Source: an uncultured Gammaproteobacteria bacterium (GTDB taxonomy: Bacteria > Patescibacteriota > Microgenomatia > Levybacterales > GWA1-39-11). From it: a stretch of DNA of 62,057 bases. Below, in pieces: positions 56,580-62,057 of this stretch. A program made the position numbers and the translations under genes. Every line of letters starts with the position of its first letter. Positions within the stretch are counted from its first letter, which is position 1. The stretch is taken from the NCBI GenBank assembly GCA_964425075.1, contig CAYRKM010000002.1, forward strand, positions 1 to 62,057, written 5' to 3'. The notes beneath the pieces were generated by a model. That model made no database searches. It was not told where the DNA came from and saw only the letters and a list, made by a program, of their open reading frames with translations.

Positions 56580-57777
56580 AGCAAAGGATCTTAAAAAAAG
56601 AGTTGGTTCTTACTTTTCAAATCGCGCACTTGATGCGAAAACTCTCAGACTTATAAAAGAAGCCACTTCGGTGGATCATATTCGAGTTGCTTCAGAAATT
56701 GAGGCATTCCTATTAGAATCCTCACTTATTAAAAAAAATCAGCCATTTTTTAACATTAAACTAACGGATGATAAAACGTATCCAATGATTCAGATAACTA
56801 AAGATGAAAATCCAGCAATTCTTATTTCAAGAAAGAAAAACATAAAAAATGCCGACTACTTTGGTCCCTATACGGATGCAGCAGCTTTAAAGCAAGTTTT
56901 AAAATTAATAAGACGCATTTTTCCATTTCAGTCTGTTAAAAACCACCCTAAAAGAAAATGTCTTTATCATCATCTAGGTCTTTGCCCATGCGTTCTTGCT
57001 GTTCCTGAAAATCTAGAAGAGTATAAAAAGAACATCGCCAATATAGAAAGTTTTTTAAAAGGCAAGAAAAATATTATTCTTAAAAACTTACTAATTGAAC
57101 AAAAGGACTTTGTTAAAAAAGAAGAGTTTGAGAAAGCACAGGAAATTCAAGAAAAAATTGAGCGAATCAACATTATTACAAGCCCAACGTATGACCCTTT
57201 TCACTACATTGACAAACCTGATTTTTACTTTGAAAGAATAGAAAAAGAAGTTATCTCACTTAAGGAAATTCTCATCAAATATTACCCAACCATTATCAAT
57301 TTAGAGCGCATTGAATGTTTTGACATTTCAAACATTCAGGGAAAACTTGCCACAGGATCTATGGTTGTTTTTCTTAATGGCGAAAAGCAATCATCCCAAT
57401 ATAGAAAATTTAAAATTCGCACCAAGGACACACCCGACGACTTTCATATGATGCAAGAAATGCTAACCAGAAGACTTGGAAGAGAAGAGTGGCCAAACCC
57501 TTCTTTGTGGGTCATCGATGGAGGAAAAGGGCAAGTAGGAGCAGCTCTAAAGGCACTTGCTAGCAAGAATAAATTTATTCCTGTTATTGGACTTGCAAAG
57601 CGAGAAGAAACAATAGTAATACCGATTAAAAAAATTGGTGGAGGCATGGAGTTTGAGGAAGTTAAACTTTCAAATTCCACACCAGGAGTAAACCTACTAA
57701 GAAGAATACGAGATGAAGCACATCGTTTTGCCATAACATATCATATATTACTTCGTAAGAAAAAGTTGCTACAATAA
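56491..57777 (+). CDS. uvrC: excinuclease ABC subunit C, short form without C-terminal (HhH)2 domain
   Basis: GIY-YIG (PGVYLFKDAKGKILYVGKA), UVR domain (KEEFEKAQEIQEKIERI) and endonuclease domain ending RIRDEAHRFAITYH. The GTG start is preceded by GGAGG (56478..56482) at 8-nt spacing. 428 aa. Confidence 0.9.
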   Translation: MEVSLLQQLPSEPGVYLFKDAKGKILYVGKAKDLKKRVGSYFSNRALDAKTLRLIKEATSVDHIRVASEIEAFLLESSLIKKNQPFFNIKLTDDKTYPMIQITKDENPAILISRKKNIKNADYFGPYTDAAALKQVLKLIRRIFPFQSVKNHPKRKCLYHHLGLCPCVLAVPENLEEYKKNIANIESFLKGKKNIILKNLLIEQKDFVKKEEFEKAQEIQEKIERINIITSPTYDPFHYIDKPDFYFERIEKEVISLKEILIKYYPTIINLERIECFDISNIQGKLATGSMVVFLNGEKQSSQYRKFKIRTKDTPDDFHMMQEMLTRRLGREEWPNPSLWVIDGGKGQVGAALKALASKNKFIPVIGLAKREETIVIPIKKIGGGMEFEEVKLSNSTPGVNLLRRIRDEAHRFAITYHILLRKKKLLQ

Positions 57778-57914
57778 CTAATAATTTCATGAAACTTACA
57801 TTAAATAATAGTTCCTTACGTTTGAACTATCTTCGTTATAATTCTTCAATTACACGAGTTGTAATCAGAAATTCTGCTAGAATACTGCTAACTTTCAGCA
57901 TATCTAACATCATA

Positions 57915-58202
57915 ATGATTAATACTCCAAAATCGCTTCTTGTTTCTGTAGCTTTTGTTTTAGCACTTATTGAGATTATTGCCATCTGGGTTTTTTCATA
58001 TAGTGGGACCAAGGAGCTTCAAAGAAAAATTAAAAACAGAAACCTACTGTTGCCTTTAGCACTGATTGTACCTATTGCTGCAATAATTACAGAAGCTATT
58101 ATATTTCGCATGATATTTGGTATGTTTGACTTAAATGCATATTTTTTATTATTTTTTGTGGGAATCTTTAGTGTCCTTTGGCAAATTAACAATAGTAAGT
58201 AG
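57915..58202 (+). CDS. small hypothetical membrane protein (3 TM)
   Basis: The hydrophobic core starts at MINTPKSLLVSVAFVLALIEIIAIWVF. The N-terminal 42 codons of the track ORF (from 57789) are low-complexity and may not be translated. Confidence 0.45.
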   Translation: MINTPKSLLVSVAFVLALIEIIAIWVFSYSGTKELQRKIKNRNLLLPLALIVPIAAIITEAIIFRMIFGMFDLNAYFLLFFVGIFSVLWQINNSK

Positions 58203-58241
58203 ATATCATATTGAGGTTTAGTTTTGTGTTAATCTATAAAC

Positions 58242-58643
58242 ATGAAAGGAATTATCAGAAATATTGCTCTTAATGCAGTTGCGCTTTATTCAACTTCTCT
58301 TATTTTTGAAGGACTAAAACTTACAGATGGCATCTCGACTCTTGTTATGGGGGGTTTGTTGCTTGCAGTGGGCTTCAAAATTCTTAAGCCTGTTTTAAGC
58401 ATAATAGCCCTTCCATTCCAATTGCTCACTTTAGGTCTTTTTTCATCATGCATTATTGCTTTTATTCTTTTCTTAATTACACTTATTTATCCACAAATTA
58501 TTGTACGGCCTTTCTTCTTTAAAGGATTTGAATTTGGAGGAATAGAGATTCATTCTTTTCAGGTCAGTCTCCTTTTGTCATATTTCATCATTTCTGTTAC
58601 AATATACCTCATTACGAAGCTCGTAGACTGGCTTTTTGATTAA
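58242..58643 (+). CDS. phage-holin-family-4 / DUF360-like four-TM membrane protein
   Basis: GIIRNIALNAVALY...GLKL.DGISTLVMGGLLLAVGFKILKPVLSIIALPFQLLTLGLF matches the conserved N-terminal architecture of this family. Confidence 0.6.
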   Translation: MKGIIRNIALNAVALYSTSLIFEGLKLTDGISTLVMGGLLLAVGFKILKPVLSIIALPFQLLTLGLFSSCIIAFILFLITLIYPQIIVRPFFFKGFEFGGIEIHSFQVSLLLSYFIISVTIYLITKLVDWLFD

Positions 58644-58648
58644 ATACA

Positions 58649-58864
58649 ATGAATATATTTTCCATTTTTCAAATCATACTTTCTGTTTTACTGGTTATAG
58701 CAATTGTGCTCCAACAGCGGGGGAGCGAAGCAGGAATTGCGTTCGGTGGAGGAACAGAAAGCTTTCGAAGTAAAAGAGGCCTAGAAAAGTTTTTGTTTTA
58801 TGCAACAATTGTACTTGCAATTCTTTTTGCCGCTAACTCCATTCTTACGCTTATCTTTCAATAA
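58649..58864 (+). CDS. secG: preprotein translocase subunit SecG
   Basis: 71 aa, two TM, with a central LQQRGSEAGIAFGGG motif. Confidence 0.85.
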   Translation: MNIFSIFQIILSVLLVIAIVLQQRGSEAGIAFGGGTESFRSKRGLEKFLFYATIVLAILFAANSILTLIFQ

Positions 58865-58873
58865 CTACATCGT

Positions 58874-60217
58874 ATGGCCCGATTAAGACAACGCTATTAC
58901 TTATGGCTAATTAAAGCTTATGCCAAGAGAATGAAGCGTACAATTTTGAGCTCCCTAGTTGTGGGTGTTCTTATCTCATTTGCACTTCTGGGTTTACTTA
59001 ATTTCTATTTTCGACCCCTTATCCAAAAAACTACGGAAAATATTGGTTACGCAGGAATATTCACAGTCCAAACGATTCCAGATGAAGTTCTCCAAGACGT
59101 AAGCTATGGACTAACTCGTGTAAATGAAAAGGGTGAGATTACTCAAGGAGCTGCTGAAAGCTGGAAAATTGAGAATGGAAAAGTTTACACCTTTAAGCTT
59201 AAAAAAGGCATAAAACTTCACGGAGGATACGAATTAACCACAAAGGATTTGTCATATAAATTTGAAAACGTAACTTCCAAAAACCTTGATGATTATACTG
59301 TCCAATACACACTTAAAGATCCTTATTCCCCATTTTTAACCGCAGTTTCAAAACCAATTTTAACTAAAAAGTTAGACGGAATAGGTGAGTATAGGGTTCG
59401 TGATATCGAGTTGAATGGTGGATTTGTAAGAACCATTTTGCTAGAAAAAGTCAATAAGAACACAAAAAGGAAGATTTTTTTCTACCCAACCCAAAAAGCT
59501 TTAAAACTTGCTTTTGTTTTAGGTGAGGTAGATAGGATTGAGAATGTAACTGGACTTACGATGAATAAAATTAATCTAAAAGATTGGGAAAACACAAAAA
59601 TTGAGGACGGAGTTGACCACGCAATCCTTGTATCTATTTTTTATAACAATGCTGATCCCATACTTGGCGACAAGAAAGTAAGACAAGCCCTAAACTATGC
59701 TCTTCCTTCTAAGTTTGAATACGGTGAGCGCGCATATTCCCCAATTCCGCCAACATCTATTTACTTTGATACACCTCCAAATTATGGTATTTCAGATATT
59801 GAAATTGCCAAAACCATCCTTTCTACAGTTAGTGAACCTATCAAGAAACCATTAATAATCTCCACAACGGATGAATACGAACTTGTTGCAAGAGATGTGC
59901 AGAAGTCCTGGGAAAAGCTTGGAATCAAATCAGAGATCAAAATAGTTAGCTCTATTCCAACAGATTTTCAAGCATTGCTGTATAGGTTTAAATTGCCAAA
60001 GGATCCTGACCAATATGTATTGTGGCATTCAGACCAAATTAGCAACATTACTCATTACAAAAATCTGAGAATTGATAAATTGCTTGAGGATGGGAGATCT
60101 ATTACAGATATAGATGAAAGGCGAAAAATTTATTCTGATTTTCAAAAATACCTTACGGATGATGTTCCAGCATCATTTTTATATTTCCCTAAGGCTTACA
60201 CTGTAAGCAAGGAGTAA
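58874..60217 (+). CDS. membrane-anchored family-5 (peptide/nickel type) solute-binding protein-like, short
   Basis: N-terminal TM anchor. AAESWKIENGKVYTFKLKKGIKLHGG..LTTKDL is the SBP_bac_5 entry motif. No permease or ATPase genes lie adjacent. Confidence 0.55.
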   Translation: MARLRQRYYLWLIKAYAKRMKRTILSSLVVGVLISFALLGLLNFYFRPLIQKTTENIGYAGIFTVQTIPDEVLQDVSYGLTRVNEKGEITQGAAESWKIENGKVYTFKLKKGIKLHGGYELTTKDLSYKFENVTSKNLDDYTVQYTLKDPYSPFLTAVSKPILTKKLDGIGEYRVRDIELNGGFVRTILLEKVNKNTKRKIFFYPTQKALKLAFVLGEVDRIENVTGLTMNKINLKDWENTKIEDGVDHAILVSIFYNNADPILGDKKVRQALNYALPSKFEYGERAYSPIPPTSIYFDTPPNYGISDIEIAKTILSTVSEPIKKPLIISTTDEYELVARDVQKSWEKLGIKSEIKIVSSIPTDFQALLYRFKLPKDPDQYVLWHSDQISNITHYKNLRIDKLLEDGRSITDIDERRKIYSDFQKYLTDDVPASFLYFPKAYTVSKE

Positions 60218-62057
60218 GATCTCTTTTGTATAAATAAAAATTCCCATCGTGAATTAGAAGCCTAAAGTTCATTCCATAAAATTGAGATTGTACATCTGGA
60301 GTTTCGTTGTAAAAAACAACATATTCTGCTTTATCCATTCCCCGAGGTACAACAAAAATATAATCCCTGTGGGATAGATGTGCTGCAATGTTATTCGACG
60401 CAGAAACAGTAGCATTGGATGGTATTAGAGATAGATATTCGTGAATTTTCTTATTATCTTCAAGGAATGGACCAATATCTCCATTTTCCATACCTGGAAG
60501 CGGTGAGTAAAAATACACAGAAATTACAGTAAACAAGATAATATAACAAAGAAAAAAGAACTCAGAGAACCTAAATTTCTTATCTAAAAATTTAATTCCA
60601 TAAATTGCAGATATATACAAAAAAGGAATAATAATTGCTCCATAATGGTGATCGTAAGAACGAAGACCACTATTTGACGACAACGTGTTAATAAGCACAT
60701 CAGGTGTTGCCAACAAAAGAAGAGGGGAGAATATACTAAGTCCCCCAAGTGGCATTAGGAGAAATAAAATATACTTAAGACTTTCAAAAGAGAAAAATAT
60801 GTAAAGCGGAATATATGGTTTAGTAATCGAGTTCTTAATAATTTCCCCAGTAGAATCTCCCAGGTATGAGAGATAGGAAAGAGCAAAGTGCGTTGTTCCT
60901 CGAGCATTTGGAATAAGGTATGACATCAAAAGGTAAAATACTGCAAGTGAAATCATAAAAAGCACGCTTCCGGCAAAATATTTCTTCTTGAAAATTAGGA
61001 GTACCCCAAAAAGTGCAGAAGTAAGATATACATTTTCCTTTGTTAGTAAAGCTAATATTAAAAACGCAATAAAACTTTTTTTCTCACTTACTAGTAAATA
61101 GTAAAAAGCACCAAGTAAAAAAGTGGTGGCAAGAGAAATTGCGTGAAAATCAAAAATGACCTGCTCTTGAACCCAAAAATTAAGCAAATAAGAAATAGCC
61201 AAAACCAAGGATAATTTTTCTTTTTTAAGGAGAGTAACGGCAATTTCATATACATAAAATGCCCCAAATCCAACAATTACAGTTTGGAGAATCAACAAAG
61301 TTCTAGGATCTGCCCACAGATAATAAAGAGGAGTGATCAATACCAATATAAAATCCGCATGCACACCAAGGCGCGAAATAATCTCTGTGCCGTCCGGATT
61401 GGTAAGTTGAAAAATATGCCCACGGGACGTATTCCAGACAGTTTGAGACATATTTCCCAAATCAAACCTTCCAGATCTAAATGTTTCATGCCTTAAAAAA
61501 GTAAAGAATGTAAAGTAGGCAATGAAACAAAAAATCGATGCAAAAAGAATAACTATAACTGGCTTGATTCTAATAAATCGGTTTGTTTCCTTTGCTCTCT
61601 TAAGCCAAAGACTCATAAGAAGCTGTAGTATTTCACCAATGATCATCCCGAGTCGTGAAAATAGTGCAATAATTGTAGCTAGGGGAACTCCAACAAAAAA
61701 TGAAAGTCCACTAACAATGGCAACTTCCCGAACACCAAGCCCCATGGGTACAATAAACGCTAAATATCCAATCAACCATGATAAAACAAAATAAGAAATT
61801 ACTATTAAGTAGTCATTTGGATGAATAAATCCAAATGAGAGGGCTATAAAAAGAGAAGCAATTCCGAAAAATAGCCACCCCAAAAGAAGTGTAAGGAAAA
61901 CATAAAAATATGACTTTAACAATTTAAAAAACTTTGAAAATAAAAAGACAGAAAATAATACTAGGAAAATAATCGCGAAAACAAAGAATGGAAGTTGTGG
62001 GATTTTTAAAAATTGAATTGTTTTATCAGAGAAATAGAATAAAGAAGGCAAACTAAC
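60189..62057 (-). CDS. large polytopic membrane protein: flippase-like (UPF0104-type) segment plus DUF2079-type domain; 5' end probably outside window
   Basis: GLGVREVAIV is the end of a lysyl-PG-synthase-TM-like module. It is followed by RHETFRSGRFDLGNMSQTVWNTSRGH, typical of DUF2079. The frame stays open from the TTG at 62051 to the window edge. Confidence 0.6.
   Translation of the reverse strand, partial: VSLPSLFYFSDKTIQFLKIPQLPFFVFAIIFLVLFSVFLFSKFFKLLKSYFYVFLTLLLGWLFFGIASLFIALSFGFIHPNDYLIVISYFVLSWLIGYLAFIVPMGLGVREVAIVSGLSFFVGVPLATIIALFSRLGMIIGEILQLLMSLWLKRAKETNRFIRIKPVIVILFASIFCFIAYFTFFTFLRHETFRSGRFDLGNMSQTVWNTSRGHIFQLTNPDGTEIISRLGVHADFILVLITPLYYLWADPRTLLILQTVIVGFGAFYVYEIAVTLLKKEKLSLVLAISYLLNFWVQEQVIFDFHAISLATTFLLGAFYYLLVSEKKSFIAFLILALLTKENVYLTSALFGVLLIFKKKYFAGSVLFMISLAVFYLLMSYLIPNARGTTHFALSYLSYLGDSTGEIIKNSITKPYIPLYIFFSFESLKYILFLLMPLGGLSIFSPLLLLATPDVLINTLSSNSGLRSYDHHYGAIIIPFLYISAIYGIKFLDKKFRFSEFFFLCYIILFTVISVYFYSPLPGMENGDIGPFLEDNKKIHEYLSLIPSNATVSASNNIAAHLSHRDYIFVVPRGMDKAEYVVFYNETPDVQSQFYGMNFRLLIHDGNFYLYKRDLTPCLQCKP

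Overview
A 62-kb, AT-rich, tightly packed bacterial window. It contains mostly housekeeping genes, with short genes and frequent 4-nt start/stop overlaps. The gene content looks like a reduced-genome Patescibacteria (CPR)-type organism; this is inference, not proven. It includes murT/gatD, PolX, an archaeal-type PGI/PMI, PEP synthase, many GT-C membrane glycosyltransferases and a UvrC without its HhH tail. Gene order: a cell-envelope glycosylation cluster (1-4117); the complete F1Fo ATP synthase operon atpBEFHAGDC (minus strand, 10942-4833) with its own promoter; dnaE; gatCAB; murT/gatD; htpX-lemA; polX; tRNA-Asp, a LysM protein and tRNA-Gly; pyrG, rplS, yraN; a 7TM protein plus ATP-grasp/retropepsin-fusion operon; typA; greA; a small accessory patch around tRNA-Glu/tRNA-Lys (unknown proteins, orphan C39-like peptidase, second ATP-grasp); dus; a secreted glycosidase; holA-like; PMM, PGI/PMI, ppsA, eno; dedA; divergent lexA/uvrB; purS-purM; an M34-like metallopeptidase; uvrA; a transglutaminase-like surface protein; uvrC; secG; a family-5 SBP; and a DUF2079-type membrane protein. 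No rRNA, CRISPR array, transposase, integrase or reverse transcriptase was seen. Points worth a second look: (1) a 19-20 nt element inserted in frame three times in gatA/gatB and once in the uvrB leader; (2) about a dozen transcription units with a -10 hexamer 5-7 nt from the start codon, suggesting leaderless mRNAs; (3) the 7TM + RimK-like ATP-grasp-retropepsin operon; (4) a ~1-kb two-gene cassette next to tRNA-Glu bracketed by ~26-nt direct repeats; (5) the lexA/uvrB control region (palindromic operator, uORF, nested hairpin); (6) an 89-bp tandem duplication of the gatCAB promoter; (7) an 89-nt out-of-frame overlap between the transglutaminase-like gene and a truncated uvrC. All family assignments come from motifs read in the supplied translations. 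No database search was run.
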